This document shows positions 1 to 9,616 of a stretch of 64,000 bases of DNA, one piece after another. The notes under the pieces were generated by a model that was not told the origin of the DNA, searched no databases, and was given only the letters and a program-made list of their open reading frames with translations. The translations under genes were made by a program, and so were the position numbers. Numbering within the stretch: position 1 is the stretch's first letter; each line of letters opens with the position of its first letter. This DNA comes from Bacillota bacterium (GTDB taxonomy: Bacteria > Bacillota > DTU025): contig JAQVXE010000001.1 in NCBI GenBank assembly GCA_028709305.1, positions 7,477 through 71,476 on the forward strand. Reading direction: 5' to 3'.

Positions 1-180
1 AAGGCAGGAATTCTCCGAGTTCCATAGTTATCCTGGGTCTTCGCCTTGGATGCTCTATCCCATAGACAGACCCCAGCGCATGACCATGTTCTAGAGGTCC
101 TCTTGTAGGGGCTCACACTAGATGACCGCGTAAAGTCGCTTTTGCTCAGATTGGATTTCAGTAATAGAAAGGGGTTAGGG

Positions 181-320
181 TGTTGGTGTAGCTGGGGGAA
201 ACATCACATGAAAGGAGAGAGATGAAGGTGTGCCGGATCGACGAGGTTCGAGCCTCTCGCCGGGACCACTTCATCCCCACCAAGCATCTTGACCTTACTA
301 GATTGCTGCAAGGATTTCAA
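181..320. repeat. ~130 bp segment with ~80% identity to 8920-9040 (leader/5' end of an IS-like element incl. RBS 'aaaggagagagATGaagg'); downstream sequence diverges from the second copy
   Basis: Direct visual alignment of 'atcacatgaaaggagagagatgaagg.gccggatcga.gaggt...agcatcttga...ttgctgc..ggatt' in both places. Confidence 0.6.
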
Positions 321-857
321 GAGTTGTCATGTTGGCCTCCGTATTCTACATGAAATCCCAAATATGGGCTCATGCTTCCTTTTGGTTCTTGGCGTTTCTG
401 CTACTCCGAATACGCCCCCTTACCATGCTGCTGCAGTGGGGGATAGCGAGCGGAGTCATAGTGTTTACGCCACATGCCATGGATTGTGACGGCATTATTC
501 GGAAGGCTCTGCTGGAGCGGGACTTTGTTTCGGGGAATCGGAAATCCTCTGATTTACTTTACAGACTCGACAGCAGCCTTCGGAATGCATCTTGCATCAG
601 CGAAATCCTGCAATTTTTGCTTGCGTGAATTCGCCCTAAGATTCCCGACGTTGACCTCCTATTTTCGTAATTGGGGGCGCAATCAAGATACGCGGTACTC
701 TGTTTGGGTTTAGGCCGGATTAGAGCAAGAAATGCCGGCAAATTTAGGCAGCTTAAAGGAAGGGATTGGAGTATAGCTGTAGAATGGAACGCTGAGCGCA
801 GGCTGACATCTGCGCAGAATCTCGTAGATCGGGTCAACCTGATCAGAAGGAGGTATT

Positions 858-1487
858 TTGATGCGCATCAGGAGACTGTTGGCGCTGGTGGCGCCGGCGG
901 TCATGCTTACTGTGGCGGCCTTGTCACTTGCTGGATGCGGACCCAAGAAAGACGTTGTTGTTACCCCGCAGACATTCATCTTCGACTGCGAAGCGAAAAA
1001 GGCGGCGGCCCAAGCGCGCGAGGAGGTAGACCGGCAGCAAAGGACTATCCCCGCAGGGATCATGGTCTCGGTCAGGCTGCTAGATGCGTTGAATTCTGCC
1101 ACGTCTATAGTCGGCGAAACATTCCGAATCGAAGTCCTGGAAGATATCATCATAGACGGCGCTGTAGTTGTTCCAGCGGGCAGCCCCGGCGTTGGCAAAG
1201 TGACCCTAGCGGTTCCCGCCAAATCCATGGGAAGGGCGGGAGAACTCCGTCTCTCAATGAATGCTATCTACACTTATGACGATATTCCGGTTCTGGTGGA
1301 GGCCAATGAACAGACTGCAGCGCGCGATGTGGAGTTAGCTGGCAAATCCTTTCTGGCCTACGTCTTCTTGGGCCCCGTGGGTCTCCTGACGCTGCTTCAA
1401 AAGGGGCAGAATGTCGTTATACCCGCCGATAGCCAGTTCTCGGTGATGGTTCGTATGCCTGTAACGGTGATGGGCAGGGTGTATTAG
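858..1487 (+). CDS. Lipoprotein (signal peptide + lipobox LAGC); possible short periplasmic adaptor/beta-barrel domain protein partnered with downstream MacB-type ABC transporter
   Basis: N-terminal MMRIRRLLALVAPAVMLTVAALSLAGC lipobox; located immediately upstream of FtsX permease/ABC ATPase genes. Confidence 0.5.
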   Translation: MMRIRRLLALVAPAVMLTVAALSLAGCGPKKDVVVTPQTFIFDCEAKKAAAQAREEVDRQQRTIPAGIMVSVRLLDALNSATSIVGETFRIEVLEDIIIDGAVVVPAGSPGVGKVTLAVPAKSMGRAGELRLSMNAIYTYDDIPVLVEANEQTAARDVELAGKSFLAYVFLGPVGLLTLLQKGQNVVIPADSQFSVMVRMPVTVMGRVY

Positions 1488-1530
1488 GCCGCTGGATATA
1501 TCTCAGGGCTGCTGAAAGGTTGATGAACGG

Positions 1531-2697
1531 ATGCACACGACGCTGCATTCAATCGCCGCGCTGCCGTGGCCTTGGACTTTCTTGCTGCGTAATAGATCGA
1601 AAGGCGTGCTATTGCTGCTTCTGGTAATGATGTCGGTTTTGGTGATTACGGCGATATCTGCGATCACCGATTCGGTCATGATGACGGTTTACAGGTCATC
1701 CGTTCTGGCATATGAGTATGCTTCCGTTATCGTATCGAAAGGCATCGGCGTACCGCAGCGTATTATAGATCACTTGCGTGATGCGGAATCGGTGGAACTT
1801 GTGCTTCCGTTTCTTGACTCATCTGTACGCGTAGTAGGAGTTTTGGGTAGCGAATCTAGGCCTGTCGTTGCAGTGCCTGCCCAAGAGTTCGAGACGGTGC
1901 TCAGCAAATTGCCTGTCGGGCTCAAGGGCGGACGACTGCCGCGCCAGGGCGAACCCGAAATAGCGATCCATGAGAGCATAGCCCAGGCCAAGGGCGTTTG
2001 GACCGGCGACCTAATAGGCAGGGAAATCGACTCTGATGACTACCTATGGGGCGCCTTCATGATAACCGGCGTTCTTGAAGGGGATATTCCTGTTTGTCTC
2101 GCGTCGCTGGAATACTTCAAAAAGCAGTGGGTCTACGACACGGGCGACTTGAATTACGCATACCTCGTATTTCCTGCGCTCGGGCGGTTCGAAGCCATGA
2201 ACGAAACCCTGGCCAATCTCCCAAGTGACGAAGTGACAATAACCACGCTGGAGTCTGTGAGACCAAGCTACAATGCAGAGTATTCCAACATTAGGCTGAT
2301 TATGTGGGCGGTGGATCTACTTGTAGTTGTAATCGTATCCACGGCCATGGGGTTGGTAAATACGGTTCACTATCTGAGCAGGCTGCGCGAATTCGCTCTC
2401 ATGTCAGCCATTGGCCTCACTCCTGCGACGCTCGTATTAAGGACTATCGTGGAAGTATTGAGCTTGGGACTTGTAGGCTTTGGCGCGGGGTTGGCGGCGG
2501 CCAAAGTGACCGTATCGCTGTTGTCAGCCTGTTTGTTTAGGCCGCGCGGGATAGAGATCGCTGGCATTGGCTGGAGAAGCATCGTATTCGCTATTCCAGT
2601 GCCGATTCTGGTATCAGTGTTCAGCACCATAACCATATGGTTCAACATTCTCAAGCTGGATGTTGTAGCTATGCTGGAGGGTCGCGATTGCTCATAA
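1531..2697 (+). CDS. FtsX/MacB-family ABC transporter permease (N-terminal TM, large extracytoplasmic domain, three C-terminal TM helices)
   Basis: Topology and length typical of FtsX/MacB-like permeases; translationally coupled to ABC ATPase. Confidence 0.7.
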   Translation: MHTTLHSIAALPWPWTFLLRNRSKGVLLLLLVMMSVLVITAISAITDSVMMTVYRSSVLAYEYASVIVSKGIGVPQRIIDHLRDAESVELVLPFLDSSVRVVGVLGSESRPVVAVPAQEFETVLSKLPVGLKGGRLPRQGEPEIAIHESIAQAKGVWTGDLIGREIDSDDYLWGAFMITGVLEGDIPVCLASLEYFKKQWVYDTGDLNYAYLVFPALGRFEAMNETLANLPSDEVTITTLESVRPSYNAEYSNIRLIMWAVDLLVVVIVSTAMGLVNTVHYLSRLREFALMSAIGLTPATLVLRTIVEVLSLGLVGFGAGLAAAKVTVSLLSACLFRPRGIEIAGIGWRSIVFAIPVPILVSVFSTITIWFNILKLDVVAMLEGRDCS

Positions 2698-3356
2698 CTA
2701 CGAGCGATGTCGGAATTTGCTTTTCAGCAGGTGACACCAAGACCTGGGCCCTAAGGCATGTGTCGCTATCGGTAGAAGCAGGACAGGTGATCATGATCTT
2801 TGGTCCTTCAGGAAGTGGCAAAAGCTCGCTATTGTACCTGCTGAGCGGCATGCGGCCAGCCAGTGAAGGTGAGGTGAGGTATGAGGGACGATTGCTTTCG
2901 GGCAGGAACAGCCGTCAGGTTCGGCAGCTACGGTTCACCGATTTCGGGTTCGTTTTTCAGCAGCATTTCCTGGTAGGGTATCTAACCGCTGTTGAAAATG
3001 TGTGTGCCGGGAGGTCGCACCGATATTTCGAACGAGCTTGCAATCTTCTTAAAGAGCTCGGCCTTGCAGACAAAACCAATGCATACCCCGCCCAGTTGTC
3101 ATACGGCCAGAGGCAGAGGGTCGCGCTGGCCAGGGCATTAGTTCATTCTCCAAAGGTAGTGTTTGCAGATGAGCCAACAGCCTCAGTGGATAGCGACATG
3201 TCAATAGAGATATGTCAGATTCTAAGCGACTACTGTGATCAAGGTGGCTCCTGCGTAATGGTAACGCACGATATGGCGCTGAAGACCTATGCTGACGTTG
3301 TATATAGCATGCGAGACGGGGTATTGAAGCCGGATACCGTGTGCGCAGGTGAGTAA
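2637..3356 (+). CDS. ABC transporter ATP-binding protein (MacB/LolD-type); true start probably near 2690 (TTG) overlapping permease stop
   Basis: Walker A GPSGSGKSS, ABC signature LSYGQRQRVALARAL, Walker B VVFADEPT, H-loop VTHD. Confidence 0.85.
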   Translation: MVQHSQAGCCSYAGGSRLLITTSDVGICFSAGDTKTWALRHVSLSVEAGQVIMIFGPSGSGKSSLLYLLSGMRPASEGEVRYEGRLLSGRNSRQVRQLRFTDFGFVFQQHFLVGYLTAVENVCAGRSHRYFERACNLLKELGLADKTNAYPAQLSYGQRQRVALARALVHSPKVVFADEPTASVDSDMSIEICQILSDYCDQGGSCVMVTHDMALKTYADVVYSMRDGVLKPDTVCAGE

Positions 3357-3375
3357 TTCATTTGGAGGTTAGACT

Positions 3376-3882
3376 ATGAGAAATCGCAAAATGCTAGTTA
3401 CTATGTGCGTGCTGTCTGCGTTTTTGCTTTTCGGCCTAACTGCATCTGCGTCGGCCAATAGCCGTACAGCTGTCAGCGTGAAGAGTGGATCTGGTACAGG
3501 TTTGTTCGGCTTGGAAATTGAACACAGATTCGAAAATGGGTTCGCGATCTGCCTGGAGGGTGGCGGCCTATATGTTCCAATGGGAGATGCCAAAGCGTGG
3601 TTTTTCGAGGGAGCCGTTAGCGGCAGATACTACTTTGTTCGCGGTGACATTAATCCTTTCGTCAGTCTTGGCGCGTTAGCTGTCGGGGGGGGAGTGGAAG
3701 CGGAGGAAGTCGAGGGCAAAGCTGTGATGCCGGGGATCATCGGCGTTGCAGGTGCAGAGGTTATGTTCAATCGGATTAGGCTTGCGGCGGAGCTTGGCTA
3801 TGAGGTTGTGTTCTCAGGTCCCCCCGACAACGAGAAATTAGCAGGACTCGTGTACGGGGTGAGCCTCGGCTATACCTTCTGA
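3376..3882 (+). CDS. Small secreted outer-membrane beta-barrel-like protein (OmpW/OmpA-like 8-strand barrel candidate)
   Basis: Signal peptide ending ASASA, alternating hydrophobic beta-strand pattern, C-terminal ...SLGYTF aromatic terminus typical of OMP beta-barrels. Confidence 0.5.
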   Translation: MRNRKMLVTMCVLSAFLLFGLTASASANSRTAVSVKSGSGTGLFGLEIEHRFENGFAICLEGGGLYVPMGDAKAWFFEGAVSGRYYFVRGDINPFVSLGALAVGGGVEAEEVEGKAVMPGIIGVAGAEVMFNRIRLAAELGYEVVFSGPPDNEKLAGLVYGVSLGYTF

Positions 3883-4512
3883 CACTAGCTATTCGGCGGA
3901 CATTTCGGCTATAGCCGGCAGGACATTGCACTTGGCTCATCTGCGTTTTTGGGGGAGTAGACCTTGGTTGGTCTCTCCCCCGCTCGGCCTTGGCGAAATG
4001 GAATCTCCTCGAGGGCCCCATCAGGAAATCTCGCGGGACATTCCGGGTTCTGTCAGGAAGATTGACATAAACATAGGCCAACAATGCATGGGCCGCACTT
4101 CGCTAAGGACTATGATCTGAAACGAGGGGATAGACATGCCCCCAGATCCATGAACAAAGGGATGCAACGCCCGTACTCGTCAAGCAGGGGTAGCCCCCCG
4201 CCTGCGAGTTCTGCAATTAGGCGATGTATCAATGATTCGTTCAGTTTGCTTCTTCGAGACCTGCTGATGTTTGGCGGCATATAGAACCTGTTTGCAAGGA
4301 TGGGCTGCACAAGAGGCAAGTAATGCCAGCAATGCAGCGATCAAGTCCTGATCAGATCATTCCACGCTGTGGAGCCGGGCCAACTAAAGCCAGACTGCGA
4401 TTCGCGGTGCAAAGTGTTGATTTATGGGGGACACAGCGACATTCATGGGGGCAGGCAAATGGCACATGCCAGAAAGTACTGCAACCGATGGACTGAAAGG
4501 AGGTGATGTAGC

Positions 4513-5004
4513 TTGCGAGTACTGACAGGAAGTAACCGAAGGGCGATTCTTGTGGCTCTTGTTCTGTGTCTGGCGGGGTTACAGATTGGCTGCGAGATCG
4601 CCGTAGACATAGGAAAGCCATATATCGGGCGCATGACACTTGACGTACCGAAAGTCGACCTCAGCATGGAGGCTGCCTATGAGGAGTACCTTGCGTGCCC
4701 GGGACAATACCGTGGCTACGAAGTCCAAGGGTACGGTGAAATCGTCTGTCCAGTCAGCACTTCTGTATTCGTGCTCAGGCTTGCTACCCTACGTGCTCGC
4801 TTTATGATGCTGGAGCTAGTAGGTGAAGCCAGAAGTGCGCCGCCTCTTCTGGTAGGCGATAACGTTTGGTTCGGGGGGTGCCTTGACGGAACCAGCTTGG
4901 ATATGGACTGGCACGTTCCTCACGTTGCCGACGATTATGGGGGAGAGGTGATGCCTCGTGTACAGATTTACTACATTCGGACGCTGTCAGGTAATCAGCT
5001 GTAG
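4513..5004 (+). CDS. Exported lipoprotein, paralog 1 of a tandem trio (OB-fold/BOF-like candidate); TTG start with strong RBS
   Basis: Lipobox LAGLQIGC; shared motifs ELVGEARS, VWF.G.LDG, PRV.(I/V)YYI with 5056..5499. Confidence 0.5.
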   Translation: MRVLTGSNRRAILVALVLCLAGLQIGCEIAVDIGKPYIGRMTLDVPKVDLSMEAAYEEYLACPGQYRGYEVQGYGEIVCPVSTSVFVLRLATLRARFMMLELVGEARSAPPLLVGDNVWFGGCLDGTSLDMDWHVPHVADDYGGEVMPRVQIYYIRTLSGNQL

Positions 5005-5055
5005 CGTGGCCACGGCCTTTCGCAGGGTCTATTAAGGGAAAGGAGGGACAATATC

Positions 5056-5499
5056 TTGTTCAAGGCGATACCGAATGGATGGCGCCGGATAATAGCTGTT
5101 GCGATTCTCTCTTTAGCAGTTGCGCAGGCGGGCTGCTATTTGGAGATCGAGGGCCACAGGATCGACTTGGATCGCAAGGCGCGCGAAGCCTACAAAGCCT
5201 ACATAAGCAACCCAGAGGAATACCGCGGACGTGAGATTGAGTGCAAAGGTGAAATCCTACAGGTTCTGCTTGACTTCACGTACCTGTTCTCCACAAACTC
5301 TGTTCCCGACAAGAGCTTTGTTCTGGAGCTTGTTGGCGAGGCCAGGAGCGGACCGATATTGCGGTCTAAGGACCAGGTATGGTTCAAGGGATTTCTGGAT
5401 GGGGTGTCTACCCAATGGGATATCATCACGATTTTGCGGGACAAGCATCGAAACCCGATACCGCGAGTGAAGGTTTATTATATCAAGGTAATCGACTAA
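5056..5499 (+). CDS. Exported lipoprotein, paralog 2 of tandem trio; TTG start with RBS aaaggaggg
   Basis: Lipobox AVAQAGC; clear sequence similarity to 4513..5004. Confidence 0.5.
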   Translation: MFKAIPNGWRRIIAVAILSLAVAQAGCYLEIEGHRIDLDRKAREAYKAYISNPEEYRGREIECKGEILQVLLDFTYLFSTNSVPDKSFVLELVGEARSGPILRSKDQVWFKGFLDGVSTQWDIITILRDKHRNPIPRVKVYYIKVID

Positions 5500-5536
5500 T
5501 GATGCTACCAAAGCCGGGGAGGGAGGCGCAATAATC

Positions 5537-5950
5537 TTGGGCGAAAAGGGTTTCACCATCCTTGACGTGATTCTTCTGGCGCTTGGGATAGTAGCTGTAG
5601 TGGGGTGGGTTTATGCAGGAGTGCGCAACAGCAAGGATTACGAGAGGCTCATGGCAGATCCTGAGCTTGGTGTAGGGCAGCATGTAGCCTCGAGGGTGGT
5701 AGTAACGAAGGTTTTCGATCGGTACTCATGTATTGTTCAATCTCTTGACCTGCGCGATTGTCTTTACCGCCTTGATTTCTTCGATGTGGAGGGAATCCCT
5801 TATCCGAGGCCGGGTGATACCCTCTTCTTCGCGGGAACATTTAGCGGAGTGTACGAGCTTTCAGGCAGGTCAATTCCTAGTATTCGAGTTGGATCCGTGA
5901 GCGACTATGAAGAGAGCAAAGAATGGAAGCTTCAGCCCGTTGTGCGTTAA
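5537..5950 (+). CDS. Membrane-anchored small protein, distant paralog 3 of the trio; TTG start
   Basis: Single N-terminal TM (ILDVILLALGIVAVVGWVYAG), similar size and beta-rich C-terminal pattern. Confidence 0.4.
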   Translation: MGEKGFTILDVILLALGIVAVVGWVYAGVRNSKDYERLMADPELGVGQHVASRVVVTKVFDRYSCIVQSLDLRDCLYRLDFFDVEGIPYPRPGDTLFFAGTFSGVYELSGRSIPSIRVGSVSDYEESKEWKLQPVVR

Positions 5951-6980
5951 TCCCGATCGATTCGGTCTCAAATAGGGGATTGCTAGGGAAAACACTTGAA
6001 TCGTGGGTACTGGGCCCCGGGCTTGCCATGGCCTTAACGGGCCGCGCCTGTGACATGTTGTTAGGCTTATGGAATAAGGCCAAGCATTGTCGGCCAATGG
6101 CCTACAACTTGTGCGTGAGCAAGGAGGGTCGTCAGGTGAGCATCTGAAGGTGACCCTCCTTAGCTATCGAACCTAACCGGATTATCTGCTTAAGGCCTTA
6201 CGATGGCTCCGATTTGCACGTTCCGCAAATATCACAAGCTTGTGTGGCACACTAGAAAGCGCAACCCTCATGGTCGTCTCCATCAGCTCTCCGCTTGCCT
6301 ATGACATGAGGGCAGACTGGCCTTCTTTGCGGCAACCCTTGGGTGCAAACAGAAGTGCAATCGCCGGAATCAGAACGAACCCGCAGCCTAGAGCTGCGCT
6401 GCCTGTCTTCTTCTCCGAGTTCTCGGGTTTGCCCATATGAAACCGCAGCCCCCTACGTCGCCTTTTCCGCTCTTGGGCCTGGCGCGTTTTCTTGCTCGAT
6501 ACCTCCGGGCCCTATAGAGAAGAGTCCGTATATGGTATGACCCACGGCATACGCCCTACTTAGCGTACCACGCATTTTCTGAGGAGAAGACTGCGGCTTC
6601 CCATTCAGCTTACAGGCTCGTGCCCCAGACGACACTGCGATGATAGTGACGGGTGTCAGCGCAGGGTAGGCGACCGATATGACAGTGCCGAACCTCGACG
6701 GACTGAGAGTAGGAGTCAAATGGCACCCACCTGTAGCCATGCTGGCGAACATGCGGCAATCTTCTTGAGAAGCGCCTTAGTCTGGCCAATCACCAGCGTG
6801 CCACGATGCCAGTTGAAATCCTCGAGGGTCAACGACGCAAGCTTCGAACAGCGAAGTCACAGTTCAGATATGCAACGGAAATTGGGCATACACAGGCATC
6901 AAATTTCGCACACGAATACGAACGCGGCTGAGAATTGACGCCAGCCGCGTTTATCATAATGCCTGCCATATAACTATTTG

Positions 6981-7030
6981 ATATGGCGCGCCTGGCAGGA
7001 ATCGAACCTGCGGCCCACGGATTAGAAGTA
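6981..7030 (-). repeat. Partial copy (3' half through anticodon loop) of tRNA-Arg(TCT); 50/50 nt identical to 22211-22260; candidate distal att site of an integrated element
   Basis: atatggcgcgcctggcaggaatcgaacctgcggcccacggattagaag present at both loci; identity ends exactly in the anticodon loop. Confidence 0.75.
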
Positions 7031-7079
7031 GCCTGTGTGAGTGCTTCCTCGCACCTTCCTGTGACGAATATGCCCTCTA

Positions 7080-7800
7080 CGTGCGCCCTGTATGGAGTAT
7101 CCATATCGGGGCGTACGCACAATGACACCGTTTCCGCGTAGTTCGTGACCATCTTGTGACCACTCTCCGGCATGGTAATCCGGCATTGTGGCTAGCCTAT
7201 GTATGGTCACTGGACGTCCGTCCGAACTCCATCTGGTCAAAGGCGATTTTGCAGCATTACATCGGACTCAGCTCTCACGTATGCGGCAAAGACCGAGAAG
7301 GCAGGTTCGCGGTGATCCGCATTCCACGCAGAAAGGCCGTGCGCAAGTTTCTGGACCGGGTCAAGCAATGGCTGAAGGCGCATGGGCACTGGAGACCGCA
7401 CGGCCAGCAGGGTTATTTGAGCAGGATGCTGCGTGGGTTCTACCAGTACTTTGGGCTGTGCCACTGTACCCCAAGCTGGACTATGTGCGAGTCGAAGTTC
7501 AGAAGATGTGGGTGCGATCCCTACGGCGACGGAGCCAGCGGCGCCAACTGTCGTGGGATATCCTTAGCAGTCGGGCGCGGTTCCTGTTACCTGATCCCGA
7601 GGCGGTTCACAGGATAGTCTAGCCAGCTACGCGAGATCTTGGGGAGCCCGGTGCGGGAAATCCGCACGCCGGGTTCTGAGGGGGGGAAAGAGGCGCAAGT
7701 GCCATGCCGGCTTGTCGAGGGCACTGGCCCGAAAGGGCCGGCAAACGGTGAGACTCCACAAAGGCTAAGGCACAAGGCCTCTCTCTACCCACCTCCGGAT
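7080..7800 (+). mobile_element. Group II intron remnant: possible 5' GUGCG, truncated intron-encoded protein, intact domain V and probable domain VI
   Basis: Domain V hairpin GAGCCCGGUGCGGGAAAUCCGCACGCCGGGUUC at ~7640-7675 (AGC triad, GAAA tetraloop); IEP fragment upstream. Confidence 0.6.
7156..7617 (+). pseudogene. C-terminal fragment (domain X/maturase + Zn-finger-like tail) of group II intron reverse transcriptase/maturase
   Basis: RKAVRKFLDRVKQWLKAHGHW...LSRMLRGFYQYFGL matches maturase domain X pattern (R.W.NYY-like); no RT domains upstream. Confidence 0.55.
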
Positions 7801-7994
7801 CCGCGACACATCCGCCAAAACCCGTCCATAGCATGAACGCATCACAAAAGGCCATGCAAATGGGCATTGCGCGGCAAGCGTGCAGCGTACGGCACATATG
7901 CACGGCCCGCTATCGAATCCGAAGTACTCATGCCCACATTGGCTGCGTGCAGACACTGGCTGCTCAGCGAAGCCAAGATACTCATCGGGAATTC

Positions 7995-8399
7995 TCACTC
8001 GACTGACAGTGTGCGAAAGATATCGGCAAGTTGCTGTTTGCTCAGGCCCCCTGAAGCAACGTCGATCATTGCGACATATAGCGTTCCGTCCGGGTCGCGC
8101 GTCTCTATCGCGTTCAGCTCCAGAAAGACTAGAGCGCAAGCTAAGGCGGTTCGTTTGTTGCCGTCGACAAACGGATGGTTGTTGCAGATATGGAATGCGT
8201 AGGCTGCTGCCGCCTCGAAGATGTCTCTATGGAGGAACTCTCCTCCGAACGAGGCCTGAGGCATTGCCAGGGCCGACAGAAGAAGGTCGATGTCTCGAAT
8301 GCCGCGATGGCCACCGTATCGGTTCACTAGGTCCATGTGGACGTCGATCGCCTCATCCAGAGTCAAGAAGATTATACTGTCCATGCCAAAGCACCCCAT
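7995..8399 (-). CDS. doc: Doc/Fic-family toxin (death-on-curing)
   Basis: Fic motif HPFVDGNKRTA; size 134 aa; immediately downstream of AbrB-type antitoxin. Confidence 0.85.
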   Translation of the reverse strand: MGCFGMDSIIFLTLDEAIDVHMDLVNRYGGHRGIRDIDLLLSALAMPQASFGGEFLHRDIFEAAAAYAFHICNNHPFVDGNKRTALACALVFLELNAIETRDPDGTLYVAMIDVASGGLSKQQLADIFRTLSVE

Positions 8400-8417
8400 A
8401 AAGCCTGTAACTGCATG

Positions 8418-8645
8418 CTACTCCGCAAGTTTCCTGAGCGTGGACTCGTGTTCTGCGTTCACCTTGGCGAGCGCTGCCCCGAACAGCTCATCGTGTCCCG
8501 CGTCGCGCACAGGCGAGATGACCAGGTTCTTGCCGTCGGTGACGATCTTCAGGGGGGTGGTCATCGTTATGTCAAGCAGTTCCAGTATTGGTTTGTCGAT
8601 GATCAGCGCCGCGCTGTTTCCATGGGCGGTGAGAGTTTTGATCAT
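8418..8645 (-). CDS. Phd/MazE-like antitoxin with AbrB/SpoVT swapped-hairpin domain (start at internal ATG with RBS GGAGGGG)
   Basis: MIKTLTAHGNSAALIIDKPILELLDI... typical AbrB-fold antitoxin N-terminus; 4-19 nt upstream of doc. Confidence 0.7.
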   Translation of the reverse strand: MIKTLTAHGNSAALIIDKPILELLDITMTTPLKIVTDGKNLVISPVRDAGHDELFGAALAKVNAEHESTLRKLAE

Positions 8646-9025
8646 GGCTGCCCCTCCGGTCAGTATATTGTAATCACAATATATCACCGAACGCAGGCTG
8701 CAGCAAGCGAGCTTACGGTCACAGCGGGCCTACGGGCACGCATCGCGCATAGGCGACAGTGCAAGCCGGCCCAGAGCGAGGGCGTAGGCCGAAGCCATCA
8801 GGCCATGATCTTCAGAGTGTTCCCGGCAGTGTCCCTGCCCACGGTGATTGACAGTATGTTAAGGCGTTCTGGCTGAATTGTACGGCCTATTGGGAGGAGA
8901 ACGGAGGGAGGCCTGTCGAAGAGAGAGGCATCACATGAAAGGAGAGAGATGAAGGGCGCCGGATCGATGAGGTGCTAGCCTCTCCCCGGTAGCCGCTCCA
9001 TCTCCCATCAGCATCTTGATCGTAC

Positions 9026-9616
9026 TTGATTGCTGCGCGGATTGCGAGATCTTGCGACGAAGATGTGATTGAGTTGCTGCGTCGCGGGGTGCGGGAAGGC
9101 TTCGTAAGGTGTCCCGAGTGCGGGGGGCCCATGACGTTGAGAGGGAGCTATGGTCGGAACCTCTGGGTTGCCGAGGGTCCCGACACAGCGCAAGTCCGTA
9201 TGGTACGTGCTGAGTGCCCGCGGTGTGCACGCTCGCATTCCTTGATTCCTTCGGTGCTGACCCCACGGAGTCCCTATCCCCAGTGGATCCGAGAGAAAGC
9301 GGTGCAAGAGCACCAGAGGGGCAAACGCATGAGGGAAATATCGAGAGAGCTGGGTGTGCCGCGTACGACTCTGGGCAGGTGGATTCACGCTTTCAAAGCC
9401 AAGAGGGCAAGAATCGCGGCGGCCATGCGGGCGATTCTAGTCGCCTGCCGCCAGAAGACGGCCGAGGCGCGAGAAACGCTGGCTGAGCTTGTGGGGAGAG
9501 CGAGCCGGGCGTTGGGTTTCAAGGCCAAGTGCAGACTGGTTTCGAGTCAGACGAATGTCCTGTTGTGTTACGCGAAAAGCGAGGGCCATGTGCCCTGGAG
9601 CGTCCCATTGCTGTGA
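9026..9616 (+). CDS. IS-associated HTH/zinc-ribbon protein (CPECGG...CPRCARSH; HTH ISRELGVPRTTLGRW)
   Basis: Motif reading only; sits directly after the shared IS leader repeat and overlaps transposase ORF. Confidence 0.4.
   Translation: MIAARIARSCDEDVIELLRRGVREGFVRCPECGGPMTLRGSYGRNLWVAEGPDTAQVRMVRAECPRCARSHSLIPSVLTPRSPYPQWIREKAVQEHQRGKRMREISRELGVPRTTLGRWIHAFKAKRARIAAAMRAILVACRQKTAEARETLAELVGRASRALGFKAKCRLVSSQTNVLLCYAKSEGHVPWSVPLL

Noticed and set aside
710-1228. 172-aa minus-strand ORF overlapping the lipoprotein gene (and many similar antisense ORFs, e.g. 8337-8876, 38140-38898, 50134-51360, 53283-53999, 45047-45862)
   Set aside because: They lie entirely within strongly supported genes on the opposite strand, with Arg/Ser/Pro-rich composition typical of high-GC shadow ORFs and no recognisable motifs.
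9214-9486. Small ORFs inside the IS481-like region (9214-9486, 10176-10382, etc.)
   Set aside because: Alternative-frame ORFs within a transposase pseudogene, with no independent support.
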